Assembly: GCA_963667845.2 (NCBI GenBank)
Contig: CAXXVL010000002.1
Location: 320,001-384,000 of the forward strand
Direction: 5' to 3'
DNA length: 64,000 nucleotides
Source of the DNA: Smithellaceae bacterium
GTDB taxonomy: Bacteria > Desulfobacterota > Syntrophia > Syntrophales > Smithellaceae
Both the position numbers and the translations under genes were made by a program. This document shows, in pieces, positions 19,057-29,978 of the stretch. Every line of letters begins with the position of its first letter. Position 1 is the first letter of the stretch. Under the pieces are notes generated by a model. That model was not told the origin of the DNA and did no database searches. It worked only from the letters and a program-made list of their open reading frames with translations.

Positions 19057-20298
19057 TTATCTGAAGCGGGGACATTCCGTCCTGGCAAATGTTTCATCAA
19101 TGAGCTGCACCGTAACTTCATCCCCTTTTCTGATGAAAGTGTCTTTTTCACCCAGAACGATGAAGCCGTTGGCCGCGACCATCGATTTCAGGATACCCGA
19201 CCCTTGTTCGCCTGTTACGGAAGCAATATAAGCATTTCCTTTTTCATAGACAAGAGCCCGGATGAAATTTTTAAATCCGATGCTTTTCTTGATATCCTGT
19301 GCGCTGTGAGCCGTCAGAGTCGGACGGAAGATTCGGTTATGCCCCTGCATTCTCAACAGACAAGGACGAACGAACTGCTCAAAAGATACCATGACGGAAA
19401 CCGGATTACCCGGCAGGCCGAAAAGCGGCACGCCGTCGATGGAACCGTAGGCCAGGGGTTTGCCGGGACGCATGGCCACTTGCCAGAAATGCATGGCATT
19501 GCCGATATCGCCCATAACGTCCTTGACGAAATCATAGTCGCCGACCGAAACGCCGCCGGATGAAAGAATAACATCGGCACGGCGCGCAATCCGAAACTTC
19601 TGGGCAAGCTCCGCTTTTTGGTCGCGGCCGATCCCCAGCATGACGGGAATGCCGCCGCATTCCAGAACCTGCGCGGCCAGTGAATAACTGTTGGAATTGA
19701 CGATTTTACCGGGCGGAGGATCGGTCTCAATATCAACCAGTTCATCGCCGGTGGACAGAATGGCGACGCGCGGTTTCTGATAAACGCTGACGAACGCTTT
19801 CCCCAGTGCGGATAACATGCCGATATGCCCCGGGCGCAAAACACTTCCCGCCGAAATGACCTGTTCCCCTTTTTGGACGTCTTCCCCGGGAAAGCGAATG
19901 TCCAGGCCCCGGGGCGCAGCTATCTTAATCTTCACGGTTTTGCCCGCTTCTTCGGTGTCTTCCCGCCGGACAACGGCATCCGCCCCTTTGGGGATGACGG
20001 CTCCGGTCATGATGCGCGCCGCCTGACCTGCTTTAACGGTTTTCTTTGCCAGAGTCCCTGCGGCAATCGTTTCGATCACTTTGAGTTCCACAGGTTTTAG
20101 GGCATGGGCACCCTTCGTGTCGGAGGACCGTACGGCATAACCGTCCATCGCCGAGTTTGCCGCGGAAGGAATATCGCGCAAGGCGGATACATCCTCGCCG
20201 ATCACCCGGCCGCAGGCTTCAAGAATATCGGCTTTTTCCAGTCCCAGCTCCCGGCAGCCGGAAAGAATAGTTTTGAGTGCCTCTTCCACAGAAATCAT
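19057..20298 (-). CDS. moeA: Molybdopterin molybdotransferase MoeA
   Basis: SAMDGYAV, IMTGA, STGDEL, SGGVSVGDYD, GLPGNPVS. Confidence 0.96.
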   Translation of the reverse strand: MISVEEALKTILSGCRELGLEKADILEACGRVIGEDVSALRDIPSAANSAMDGYAVRSSDTKGAHALKPVELKVIETIAAGTLAKKTVKAGQAARIMTGAVIPKGADAVVRREDTEEAGKTVKIKIAAPRGLDIRFPGEDVQKGEQVISAGSVLRPGHIGMLSALGKAFVSVYQKPRVAILSTGDELVDIETDPPPGKIVNSNSYSLAAQVLECGGIPVMLGIGRDQKAELAQKFRIARRADVILSSGGVSVGDYDFVKDVMGDIGNAMHFWQVAMRPGKPLAYGSIDGVPLFGLPGNPVSVMVSFEQFVRPCLLRMQGHNRIFRPTLTAHSAQDIKKSIGFKNFIRALVYEKGNAYIASVTGEQGSGILKSMVAANGFIVLGEKDTFIRKGDEVTVQLIDETFARTECPRFR

Positions 20299-20455
20299 AG
20301 TGTTATCTCCCATTATGCTTGGTTGGGTCACCTTATCAAACCGAGAGCGCTTGTCAATCGTTAAATCGTGATTATGCTATCTCACCTTGGTCCCCCTTGA
20401 ACTAAATCGCCATTTGCGCTAGGGAGAGAGAAGATTTAAGTGAAGGAAATGATTT

Positions 20456-21361
20456 GTGACGGAACAACAGAATAAAATTCGCAGGATGCTCGCCGAAAAG
20501 CGCGGCATTTTGCTGGTCCATTATTATGCCCGGCCCGAGATTCAGGAAATAGCCGATGTGCTGGGCGATTCGCTCGCGCTGGCGCAGGCGGCGGCGCGCT
20601 CCGACGCCCGCCTGATCGTCTTCGCGGGGGTGCACTTTATGGCGCAGAGTGCGGCCATGCTCTCACCTCAAAAAACCGTCCTGTTGCCGCGCCTGGACGC
20701 GGGCTGCCCCCTGGCGGACATGGCCACGGCTCTGTCCGTAAAAGAAATGAGGCTGAGCGAACCGGATGCCGTGTTTGTAACCTACATCAATTCCACTGCC
20801 GAAGTGAAAGCCGCAAGCGATATCTGCTGCACGTCGTCCAATGCGCTCAAGATTATCCAATCGATTCCTCCCGGGAGGAAAGTGGTCATGCTGCCCGACG
20901 GCAATCTGGCACGCCACATCGCATCGGTTACCGGCCGGGACATCATCGCCTGGGAAGGCTGCTGCCCTGTTCACCAGGCGCTCACCGCAGAAGACGTCGC
21001 GGCGCGCAAACGTGAATATCCGCAGGCGCCTTTTGCCGCACACCCGGAATGCCGTCCGGACGTTCTCGGACTTGCCGATTTTGTCGGCTCCACGGCAGCC
21101 ATTCTCCAGTTTGCCCGCGGCTCCGGGGCAAAGGAAATAATCATCGGCACGGAAACAGGAATTCTTGCCGAACTTCGAAAGCATAATCCCGAAAAGATCT
21201 TCATTCCCGCATCTTCCGCTCTTTTCTGCCCCGACATGAAGAAAATCACCCTCGATGATATCGAGCAATCGCTCATCACGATGCAGCCGGTCATCACGGT
21301 CCCCCGGGATATCAGCGCCGCCGCCGGAAGGACGCTGGATAAAATGCTGGCGATTTCTTAG
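20456..21361 (+). CDS. nadA: Quinolinate synthase
   Basis: HYY, GDSLAL, GVHFMA, GCPLAD, YINS, AHPEC, CPDMK. Confidence 0.95.
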   Translation: MTEQQNKIRRMLAEKRGILLVHYYARPEIQEIADVLGDSLALAQAAARSDARLIVFAGVHFMAQSAAMLSPQKTVLLPRLDAGCPLADMATALSVKEMRLSEPDAVFVTYINSTAEVKAASDICCTSSNALKIIQSIPPGRKVVMLPDGNLARHIASVTGRDIIAWEGCCPVHQALTAEDVAARKREYPQAPFAAHPECRPDVLGLADFVGSTAAILQFARGSGAKEIIIGTETGILAELRKHNPEKIFIPASSALFCPDMKKITLDDIEQSLITMQPVITVPRDISAAAGRTLDKMLAIS

Positions 21362-21393
21362 GCGGCGATTTGCAATTGTTTGGATGACGTTCA

Positions 21394-24300
21394 TTGAGAA
21401 AAATCATCGATAAAAAAAATATTGGGGATGCCCAGCCCATCCGGAACCTTCTGGACCTGATAGGCAAAGCCGAGCCCGCAGTTGACGTTCGCGGGTTGAC
21501 CGGCGCGGCGCGTCCGCTCATCGCTGCGCTTCTGTTTGACCGTCTGGCCGGGCCCGTCACCGTGCTCTGCCCGACACCCCGGGAAGCCACCGCGTTTGCG
21601 CGCGATCTGGGCCTTTTTCTGGGGAAGGAGGCCGTACTGCATTACCCGCCCCTGGACTTCCTCTCCATTGATATGTTTGCGCTCCAGAGGGAGGAAGAGC
21701 TGGCGCGTCTCAATGTTCTGACGCAATTGCAGGTCGACAGCCGCAAGGTGATCGTCACCTGTCTTGCGGCGTGTCTGCAAAAAGTCATGCCGCTTGCCGA
21801 ATTCCGGCAGTATCTGAAGATTCTTTCGACGGGCGATACACTGCTTATGGAAGAATTTCCGGCGAAACTTCAGGCGGGTGGCTATCAGCGGGTATCGCTG
21901 GTGGAAAACACGGGTGAGTTTAGCCTGCGCGGAAATATTCTCGATATTTTTCCGCCCACGGAATCCGAACCGTTGCGTCTGGAAATGGCCGGTGATGAAA
22001 TAGAATCCATTCGCCATTTTGATTCGACTTCCCAGCGATCCGGTGCGCCCGTCAGCGCGTTCGTCCTCGGGCCGGCCGGTGAAATCCTGATCGACGAAAT
22101 GAGACTTAACCGGGCCGTGCGCAACGTCAAGCACCGCGCCGATGACCTGGACCTGCCGCGCGATCTGCGCAACAGACTTTCGGAAACGCTCCGGCAACAA
22201 TCCGCAACCTCCGTCAACCCGATCTTTCTGCCTCTGTTTTATGAAGACTACGATGACCAGGGCAGCCTGGGCGAACGAAGACTCTCCAGCGTCTTCGATT
22301 ACCTGCCGCCAAATACGCTGTTTATCCTCGACGATCCTCTGGCCATAGACCAGGCCGCACAGAGTTCGGCCGCCAGCATCGACAAGCTGCTTTACAAGGC
22401 GAAATCAGCCGGCAAGTTTTATCTGGAAAACGCCGGCGTCTACGTCACCGACGAGGCGCTCCGCGCCCGTCTGGCCGGATTCCGGCAGGTTCTTTTCTCG
22501 GGACTGACACTGGACGGCCAGGCCGGCGAAACGCCTTCAGTGGCGCTGGTCTCCCATCCGGACGCCCCCGTCGCCGAGCCGCTGTCCGGTGAAGTCAAAG
22601 AGGAGGCGCTCCTGCGCCACACCGCGGATAAGATCAAGACCTGGCTCGCCTCGGGCACGACGGTGTTCTTCATCTCTCCGACACCGGAAGATACCGTTCG
22701 CCTGAAGCATCTGCTGACGGGATACCAGCTGCCCATACAGCTTCTGCCGGCAGACAGTCATCTTCTGGATGTCATCGATCAACGAAGCGAAATCCCCGCT
22801 CTGTTTTTACGGGAAGGAAAAATATCCGGCAGTTTTGTTCTCGAAACACTCGGGCTGGCAATCTTGAGCGAAGAAGAAATCTTCGTCAAAAAAACGTCCC
22901 GCCGCCGTCGCCCGCCAACCCGCGAAGGGTATTTTCTGAAATCGTTCGGCGACCTTAAAGAAGGCGATTTTGTCGTCCACACGGATTTCGGCATCGGCAT
23001 CTACCGGGGCCTCAAGAAAATTACCGTGGGCATTATTGAAAATGACTTTCTGGTGATTGAATATCAGGACGGCGACAAACTGTATCTGCCGGTAAACGCG
23101 CTGGAAAAAATTCAGCGCTATCTGGGGCCGGACGGCTATACGCCGAAAATTGAAAAGATGGGCGGAACGTCCTGGGACGCGGTCAAGGAAAGGGTCAAAA
23201 AATCCGTCCGCGATGTGGCCGAAGAGTTGGTGGCGATTTATGCCGCCCGCGAGGCCATGGAGCGGAAATCCTATGCCCCACCGGACCGCGTTTACGAGGA
23301 ATTCTGTTCGATCTTCGAATTTGAAGAAACCCCTGATCAGGCAAAGGCCATCGAAGACATCCATGCCGACATGGATGAGGCCAAGCCGATGGACAGGTTG
23401 ATCTGCGGCGATGCGGGATTCGGCAAGACGGAAGTCGCACTCCGGGCGGCCTTCCGCGCGGTCATGGACGGCAGGCAGGCTGCGCTGCTGGCGCCGACGA
23501 CGATTCTGGCCGAACAGCACTACGCGACGTTTATGAGGCGTCTGGCGGATTTTCCGGTCCGAGTGGAAGTTCTGAACCGGTTTCGCAGTTCCGTTGAAAT
23601 CAAGAGAACGCTCACGGATCTTCGTCTGGGAAAAGTGGATATTGTCATCGGCACGCATCGCCTCCTGCAAAAGGACGTGGAATTCAAGGACCTGGGCCTG
23701 GTGATCATCGATGAAGAGCAGCGTTTCGGCGTTGCCCATAAGGAGAAGCTGAAGAAGATGCGGACGCTGGTCGACGTGCTGACGCTCTCGGCCACGCCGA
23801 TTCCCCGAACCCTGCATCTGTCTCTGGTCGGCATCCGCGATTTATCCATCATCAATACGCCGCCGGAAGAGAGACAGCCGATTAAGACGTACGTTCTGGA
23901 ATTTGATGAAGATACCATCAAGGCTGCGGTGGAGGCGGAAATCAATCGGGGCGGCCAGGTGTTTTTTGTCCATGACCGGGTGCGCTCTATCTACTCCATC
24001 GCCCACCTGGTGCAAAGGCTTGTTCCTCAGGCCCGCGTCGGCGTAGTGCACGGCCAGATGAAACCGGCAGAGATCGAAAAAGCCATGTCCCTTTTTATCC
24101 GGCGTGAATTCGACGTGCTCGTCTGCACAACGATTATCGGGTCGGGGCTGGATATCCCCTCCGCCAATACCATTCTCATCAACCGCGCCGATCGCTTCGG
24201 TCTGTCCCAGCTTTACCAGATCCGCGGCCGCGTGGGCCGCGGCAAAGAAGAGGCCAGCGCTTACCTCCTGCTGCCCCAGGGCGCACTCCTGTCACGCGAT

Positions 24301-24948
24301 GCCATGAAGCGGCTGCAGGCGATCAAGGAATTTTCCGAACCCGGTTCCGGTTTCCGCATCGCCTACAACGACCTGGAAATCCGCGGAGGCGGCAATCTTT
24401 TGGGCCTGTCGCAGGCGGGCCATATCTCCGCAGTCGGTTACGAACTCTATACCGAACTGATGGAAAAGACGGTGCGGGAAATCCAAGGGGATACAACTCC
24501 TGTCGAAGAGGTGCTTCCGGAAATTTCCATGGGAATTTCCGCTTTTCTGCCGGAAGATTACGTGGAGGATATTCACCAGCGGCTGATTCTCTATAAGCGG
24601 ATATCGCATGCGGCGAGCGCCTTCGACCTGTCCGAAATTCGCAGCGAGCTTGCCGACTGTTACGGCCCTCTGCCGCAGACGGCGGAAAACCTTCTGCGGG
24701 TTATCGGCATCCGCAACCGTTTAAAACCGCTCGCAGCCAAAAAAATGGGATATGACGGGAAATACTTCTATTTATATCTGCGCGAGTCATCCCCGATTGA
24801 TCCGGCAAAGATCATCGCCCTGACGCGGAAAAAGATCAGAGATCTGCGATTTACGCCCGACTTCAAACTCTTTTTGCCTGCGGCGGGCTTAAACCCTCCG
24901 GAAATCCTGGAACAGGCCGAGGGCCTTTTAAAGATGCTTGCCCAATAA
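21394..24948 (+). CDS. mfd: Transcription-repair coupling factor
   Basis: 1184 aa; GDAGFGKT, DEEQRFG, SATPIPRTL, QIRGRVGR. Confidence 0.97.
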   Translation: MRKIIDKKNIGDAQPIRNLLDLIGKAEPAVDVRGLTGAARPLIAALLFDRLAGPVTVLCPTPREATAFARDLGLFLGKEAVLHYPPLDFLSIDMFALQREEELARLNVLTQLQVDSRKVIVTCLAACLQKVMPLAEFRQYLKILSTGDTLLMEEFPAKLQAGGYQRVSLVENTGEFSLRGNILDIFPPTESEPLRLEMAGDEIESIRHFDSTSQRSGAPVSAFVLGPAGEILIDEMRLNRAVRNVKHRADDLDLPRDLRNRLSETLRQQSATSVNPIFLPLFYEDYDDQGSLGERRLSSVFDYLPPNTLFILDDPLAIDQAAQSSAASIDKLLYKAKSAGKFYLENAGVYVTDEALRARLAGFRQVLFSGLTLDGQAGETPSVALVSHPDAPVAEPLSGEVKEEALLRHTADKIKTWLASGTTVFFISPTPEDTVRLKHLLTGYQLPIQLLPADSHLLDVIDQRSEIPALFLREGKISGSFVLETLGLAILSEEEIFVKKTSRRRRPPTREGYFLKSFGDLKEGDFVVHTDFGIGIYRGLKKITVGIIENDFLVIEYQDGDKLYLPVNALEKIQRYLGPDGYTPKIEKMGGTSWDAVKERVKKSVRDVAEELVAIYAAREAMERKSYAPPDRVYEEFCSIFEFEETPDQAKAIEDIHADMDEAKPMDRLICGDAGFGKTEVALRAAFRAVMDGRQAALLAPTTILAEQHYATFMRRLADFPVRVEVLNRFRSSVEIKRTLTDLRLGKVDIVIGTHRLLQKDVEFKDLGLVIIDEEQRFGVAHKEKLKKMRTLVDVLTLSATPIPRTLHLSLVGIRDLSIINTPPEERQPIKTYVLEFDEDTIKAAVEAEINRGGQVFFVHDRVRSIYSIAHLVQRLVPQARVGVVHGQMKPAEIEKAMSLFIRREFDVLVCTTIIGSGLDIPSANTILINRADRFGLSQLYQIRGRVGRGKEEASAYLLLPQGALLSRDAMKRLQAIKEFSEPGSGFRIAYNDLEIRGGGNLLGLSQAGHISAVGYELYTELMEKTVREIQGDTTPVEEVLPEISMGISAFLPEDYVEDIHQRLILYKRISHAASAFDLSEIRSELADCYGPLPQTAENLLRVIGIRNRLKPLAAKKMGYDGKYFYLYLRESSPIDPAKIIALTRKKIRDLRFTPDFKLFLPAAGLNPPEILEQAEGLLKMLAQ

Positions 24949-24971
24949 TCATTATCAAGATATAGAGTATT

Positions 24972-25964
24972 GTGAAAAACATGCAGCTGCAAATTATAGA
25001 AATCGTTATCCGTTCCTACAGACTTCCGTCGACACTCGTCCTTCTCGCCGCGTTCTGCTGTCTTACCGCATGCAGCGGGAACGATTTCCTCAGCAGAAAA
25101 TATGTCGCCACCGTCAACGGCGAAAAGATTTATCAGGATGAATTTGAGCAGCGGTTAAATGCGCAAAAGGGGCTCATTTCGCCCAAGAGTCTGCCGGATT
25201 CTTTAAGCAAACGCGATATGCTGGATGAGGAAGTCCTGGAATCCATGATCACGGAAAAAATCGTCCTCCAGAGAGCGCGGGAGCTGAACCTCTCCGTCAG
25301 CAACACGGAACTGGACAAGAAAATCTTCGACATCCGGAAAGATTACGGCGAGCACTTTTTTGATTTGCTCACCTCGCAAAATGTGCGATATGACGACTGG
25401 CGTGAAGAACTCAGAAAAGAAATGCTTTTCGACAAACTTGTGGCCATAGACGTCAATGCGCCGGTCCGTGTTTCGGAAGATGAAGCGGAAGATTATTTTA
25501 ACGAACGCCCCGACGTTTGCAAGACTGAGGCGCGTGTCCGTGCTGCGCAAATTGTCGTTCGGGACGTGGACAAGGCGAGGGCGGTCCTGGCGCGGCTGGA
25601 AAACGGAGAGGATTTTGCCAAAGTTGCGGCCCAGATCTCGATCGGACCGGAAGCCGTCCGCGGAGGCGACCTGGGCTTGATTTACCGGCAGACCATGCCG
25701 GAGCCCCTGGACAAGACTCTTTTTAGTTTACCGGTCGGCAAAATCAGCCCGATTGTCAAAAGTCCATACGGGTATCATATTTTCAAGGTGGCGGAAATAA
25801 AGCCCGCCAAAGCGCGGTCCTATGCCGATTGCCGGGAAGATGTGATGACCGCCATCCGGGCCAAAAAACAGGATGCGGCTTTCGCCGTCTGGATGGAAGG
25901 ATTGAAGATGAAAGCCGTCGTTAAAAAGGAACCGCTGGCCTCGGTCAGACGTCGTCATAATTAA
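24972..25964 (+). CDS. Parvulin (PpiC)-type peptidylprolyl isomerase, SurA N-domain lipoprotein
   Basis: VATVNGEKI, F.K.A...S.GP...GGDLG, SPYGYHIFKV. Confidence 0.88.
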   Translation: MKNMQLQIIEIVIRSYRLPSTLVLLAAFCCLTACSGNDFLSRKYVATVNGEKIYQDEFEQRLNAQKGLISPKSLPDSLSKRDMLDEEVLESMITEKIVLQRARELNLSVSNTELDKKIFDIRKDYGEHFFDLLTSQNVRYDDWREELRKEMLFDKLVAIDVNAPVRVSEDEAEDYFNERPDVCKTEARVRAAQIVVRDVDKARAVLARLENGEDFAKVAAQISIGPEAVRGGDLGLIYRQTMPEPLDKTLFSLPVGKISPIVKSPYGYHIFKVAEIKPAKARSYADCREDVMTAIRAKKQDAAFAVWMEGLKMKAVVKKEPLASVRRRHN

Positions 25965-25989
25965 TTTCAACCGAAAAGGGGGAAACACC

Positions 25990-26970
25990 GTGAGCGTTAT
26001 TAAACTTTGTTTCACATCCATCCTGGCCATGCTGATGGTGGGGGGTGCGGCTGTCGCAGCCGATGTGGCGGATAGAATCGTCGCCGTAGTCAATGACGAC
26101 GTAGTCACTCTGGCGGAGCTCAACCGCGCGTTCGAACCTTACGCCAAGAATATCGAGGCCAACTATAAAGGCAGTGACAAGGATACGGTTCTCAAGCAGA
26201 ATAAAGCAGCTTTACTGCAGCGTCTGATTGATCAGATGCTGATCGAACATGAGGCGAAGAAAGCGGGAACGGGTATTGCGGCGATCAAAGACGACGAAGT
26301 CATGGACGTGCTGAACGATATGCTGGCCAAGAATAAAATCACGATGGCTGACTATCAAAAGAGACTCGCCGATGAAGGCAATACCCTGGAAAATGTCAAG
26401 AAAGAAATCAAAGGGCAGATGCTGCGCATGAGACTCCTGCGGAGGGAAGTTCAGTCCAGAATTCTGATCACCGACCAGGAAATTGGAGAATTCTACGACA
26501 AGCACCGCCAGGATTACGAAGGTAAGGAAGCGGTCCGCATCAAGCAGATTCTTTTGCCGGTCCGTGCGGACGCGGACAAGAAGGAGCGCGATAGAATAAG
26601 AAATCAAGCGTTGCAGTTGCGTGAGCGCATTCTGAAAGGCGAACCGTTTGAGCAGCTGGCGGCGCAATATTCCAAAGGACCGGCGGCGGCTCAGGGCGGA
26701 GACATCGGTTTTGTCGAACGGGGCGTCATTCTGCCGGAAGTGGAAAAGGCGGCTTTCGGCCTGTCTGTTGGACAGTTGAGCGAATTCATAGAAACAGAGA
26801 TGGGATTTCACCTGATCACCGTCGTCGATAAACGGGGGGCAGGGCTGAAGCCTCTTGCCGTCGTGCGTAATGAAATCAAGGCGAAAATCGAAGATGAAAA
26901 GATTGCCAAAAAATATGATGAATGGATAGACGGGATCCGCAAAAGATCCTTCATTGATGTCCGGTTATAA
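25990..26970 (+). CDS. SurA-like periplasmic chaperone/PPIase
   Basis: DRIVAVVNDDVVTLAEL, GGDIGFV, GFHLI. Confidence 0.88.
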   Translation: MSVIKLCFTSILAMLMVGGAAVAADVADRIVAVVNDDVVTLAELNRAFEPYAKNIEANYKGSDKDTVLKQNKAALLQRLIDQMLIEHEAKKAGTGIAAIKDDEVMDVLNDMLAKNKITMADYQKRLADEGNTLENVKKEIKGQMLRMRLLRREVQSRILITDQEIGEFYDKHRQDYEGKEAVRIKQILLPVRADADKKERDRIRNQALQLRERILKGEPFEQLAAQYSKGPAAAQGGDIGFVERGVILPEVEKAAFGLSVGQLSEFIETEMGFHLITVVDKRGAGLKPLAVVRNEIKAKIEDEKIAKKYDEWIDGIRKRSFIDVRL

Positions 26971-26988
26971 GAAGAAGTAAACTACGTT

Positions 26989-29847
26989 ATGGATTTGATC
27001 AGAATCAAGGGCGCGTCCCAACATAATCTCAAACACGTCAGTCTGGATATTCCCCGCGATCAGCTGGTGGTTATCACCGGCGTCTCCGGTTCCGGAAAAT
27101 CGTCTCTGGCGTTTGACACGATCTATGCAGAAGGTCAGCGCCGCTATGTTGAATCGCTCTCGACATACGCACGCCAGTTTATCGGGCAGATGGACAAGCC
27201 GGATGTAGAATCGATTGAGGGTCTCTCCCCCGCGATTGCGATCGAGCAGCGCGCAGCCAGTCACAATCCTCGTTCCACCGTGGGCACCGTCACGGAAATT
27301 TACGACTACTTCCGCCTGCTGTTCGCCGGAATCGGCGTTTGCCACTGCTACAACTGCGGACGTGAAATAAAGTCGCAGACCATCGACAGCATTGTCGCCG
27401 GGATTTTGGCGCTGCCCGAGAGCACTCGCTTCAGCGTCCTGGCACCGCTGGTCCGCGGGAAAAAAGGCGAGTTTGCCAAGGAGCTCAGGAAACTGCAGAA
27501 GGAAGGCTTTGCCCGCGTCCGGATCGACGGCACAATCCACGATCTGGCCGAAGACATCGTGCTCGCCAAAACCAAGCGCCATGACATCGATCTGATTGTC
27601 GACCGCCTGGTGCTGAAAGAAGGCGTGCGCAGGCGGCTGCGTGACTCCGTGGAAATTGCCGCGGGCAAAAGCGACGGACTCGTCAGAATCGTTACCGCCG
27701 ACGGCTGCGAAACGCTGTACTCCGAAAAATACGCATGCCCTGATTGCGGCATCAGCATGGCCACGCTCGCGCCGCGTGTTTTTTCCTTCAACAACCCCTA
27801 CGGCGCCTGCCCGACATGCAACGGTCTGGGATCGCGCATGCACTTCGCACTGGATCTGGTCGTGCCTGATGCAGGCCTGTCCCTGCGCGAAGGCGCTATC
27901 GCTCCCTGGGCCGGACGCAACTCGATGTATTACTATAACATGCTCGATGCGCTGTCGGGGCACTACAAGTTCGACATCAATATGCCGTTTAATCAGCTGC
28001 CGGAAAAAATTCAGAATGTTCTTCTTTACGGATCTGGCGCGGAAACGATTAAATTCTATCACGACCGCGCGGACAAGCGCTTGTTCGCTTACCGTACCTT
28101 CGAAGGCGTCATCAAACAACTCGAACGGCGCTGGCGGGAAACCACATCCACCTCGATCCGCAACGATCTGGCGCGCTACATAGATTTGCGTCCCTGCGAG
28201 ACGTGCCAGGGCGCTCGTTTGAAAAAAGAAAGTCTCGCCGTGACGGTGGGTGGAAAAAATATTTACGAACTGTGCCTGCTATCCATTCGCGAGTGTTTCC
28301 ACTTTTTTGCAACGCTCAACCTGCAGGCGCAGGAGATGTTGATTGCCGAACGCATCCTGAAAGAGGTCAAAAACCGGCTTTCGTTCTTACTGAACGTGGG
28401 GATGGATTACCTGAATCTGGCGCGGTCGACGTCCACTCTGTCCGGAGGCGAGTCTCAGCGCATCCGACTCGCCACGCAAATCGGCTCCGGCCTGATGGGT
28501 GTTCTATACGTGCTCGATGAACCGACCGTCGGCCTGCACCAGAAGGACAATTTGCGGCTGATCGAAACCCTCAAGACGCTCCGGGACATGGGCAACAGCG
28601 TGCTGGTGGTGGAGCATGACGCGGATATGATGCTCGCCTGTGATCACATTGTGGACATGGGACCCGGCGCCGGCGAACAGGGCGGCGAGGTAATTTTCCA
28701 GGGCACGCCGGCCGAGATCCTGCAAAGCGAGACATCCCTCACCGGCAAATATTTATCGGGCAAGGAATCCATTGCGCCGCCGGCCCACCTGCGATCCGGC
28801 ACCGGCCGCTATATTTTTCTGGAAGGCGCTTCGCAAAATAATCTCAAAGATATTGACATCAAAATCCCGACGGGTGTTTTGACGGCGGTAACCGGCGTAT
28901 CCGGTTCCGGAAAAAGCACGATGGTAATTGAGACCCTGTATAAAGTCATGGCGCGCCGTTTGAATCAGCAGAGCGGTTCGATGGGAAAAATCAAGCGGGT
29001 CCGCGATATGGGAGACATCGAGCGGGTGATCATGATCAATCAACAGCCGATCGGACGGACGCCCCGCTCCAACCCCGTCACCTACACCGGCATCTTTTCC
29101 TTTATCCGGGATCTGTTCACCGGGCTGCCGGAAGCCCGCATGCGAGGCTACAAACCGGGACGGTTCAGTTTTAATGTCAAGGGAGGGCGGTGCGAGGCCT
29201 GCGAGGGCAACGGCCTCATCAAGATTGAAATGCATTTCCTGCCGGACGTCTATGTCACCTGCGACGTCTGCCGCGGTAAGCGGTTCAACGCGGATACGCT
29301 GGATATTAAATACAAGGATCACAGCATCGCCGACGTCCTGGATTTGACCGTCCATCAGGGGCTGGACTTTTTCGCCAACATCCCGTCCATCCGGGCCCAT
29401 TTGCAGCTCCTTTCGGATGTGGGATTGGGCTATATCCGGCTGGGACAATCGGCCACAACGCTGTCCGGCGGCGAAGCGCAGCGCATCAAGCTGGCGCGGG
29501 AGCTGGGTAAACGGGTCAACAGCAATACACTTTACATTCTGGATGAACCGACTATCGGCCTGCATTTCGCGGACATCCAGCGGTTGCTGGACGTGCTGAT
29601 GCGTCTGGTAGACATGGGCAATACGATGGTGGTTATCGAACACAACCTGGATATCATCAAATCCGCCGATCACGTGATTGATCTGGGGCCCGAAGGCGGT
29701 CCTTCCGGCGGACAAATTATCGCGGCAGGCACGGTCGAGGACGTGGCGCAAAATGAACAGTCCTCCACCGGTTTCTTTTTGAGAAAAATTCTGGAGGACC
29801 GTAAGAACTCAGGCGCTCATAGAGCGGATGAGACGGGTCAAACCTGA
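26989..29847 (+). CDS. uvrA: Excinuclease ABC subunit A
   Basis: Two GVSGSGKS Walker A motifs, LSGGE signatures, zinc fingers. Confidence 0.98.
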   Translation: MDLIRIKGASQHNLKHVSLDIPRDQLVVITGVSGSGKSSLAFDTIYAEGQRRYVESLSTYARQFIGQMDKPDVESIEGLSPAIAIEQRAASHNPRSTVGTVTEIYDYFRLLFAGIGVCHCYNCGREIKSQTIDSIVAGILALPESTRFSVLAPLVRGKKGEFAKELRKLQKEGFARVRIDGTIHDLAEDIVLAKTKRHDIDLIVDRLVLKEGVRRRLRDSVEIAAGKSDGLVRIVTADGCETLYSEKYACPDCGISMATLAPRVFSFNNPYGACPTCNGLGSRMHFALDLVVPDAGLSLREGAIAPWAGRNSMYYYNMLDALSGHYKFDINMPFNQLPEKIQNVLLYGSGAETIKFYHDRADKRLFAYRTFEGVIKQLERRWRETTSTSIRNDLARYIDLRPCETCQGARLKKESLAVTVGGKNIYELCLLSIRECFHFFATLNLQAQEMLIAERILKEVKNRLSFLLNVGMDYLNLARSTSTLSGGESQRIRLATQIGSGLMGVLYVLDEPTVGLHQKDNLRLIETLKTLRDMGNSVLVVEHDADMMLACDHIVDMGPGAGEQGGEVIFQGTPAEILQSETSLTGKYLSGKESIAPPAHLRSGTGRYIFLEGASQNNLKDIDIKIPTGVLTAVTGVSGSGKSTMVIETLYKVMARRLNQQSGSMGKIKRVRDMGDIERVIMINQQPIGRTPRSNPVTYTGIFSFIRDLFTGLPEARMRGYKPGRFSFNVKGGRCEACEGNGLIKIEMHFLPDVYVTCDVCRGKRFNADTLDIKYKDHSIADVLDLTVHQGLDFFANIPSIRAHLQLLSDVGLGYIRLGQSATTLSGGEAQRIKLARELGKRVNSNTLYILDEPTIGLHFADIQRLLDVLMRLVDMGNTMVVIEHNLDIIKSADHVIDLGPEGGPSGGQIIAAGTVEDVAQNEQSSTGFFLRKILEDRKNSGAHRADETGQT

Positions 29848-29978
29848 GCGCTCTGATCGCATTTTCGGTATTTGTTCTTTTTTTCTTTTTTCGCATCTGT
29901 TATTCTTCAGATTATCTGACCGCGTGACGATATAGGAAGGAAAGGCAAAATCATTTTCGCTGCCCCGGACGCAAGCCT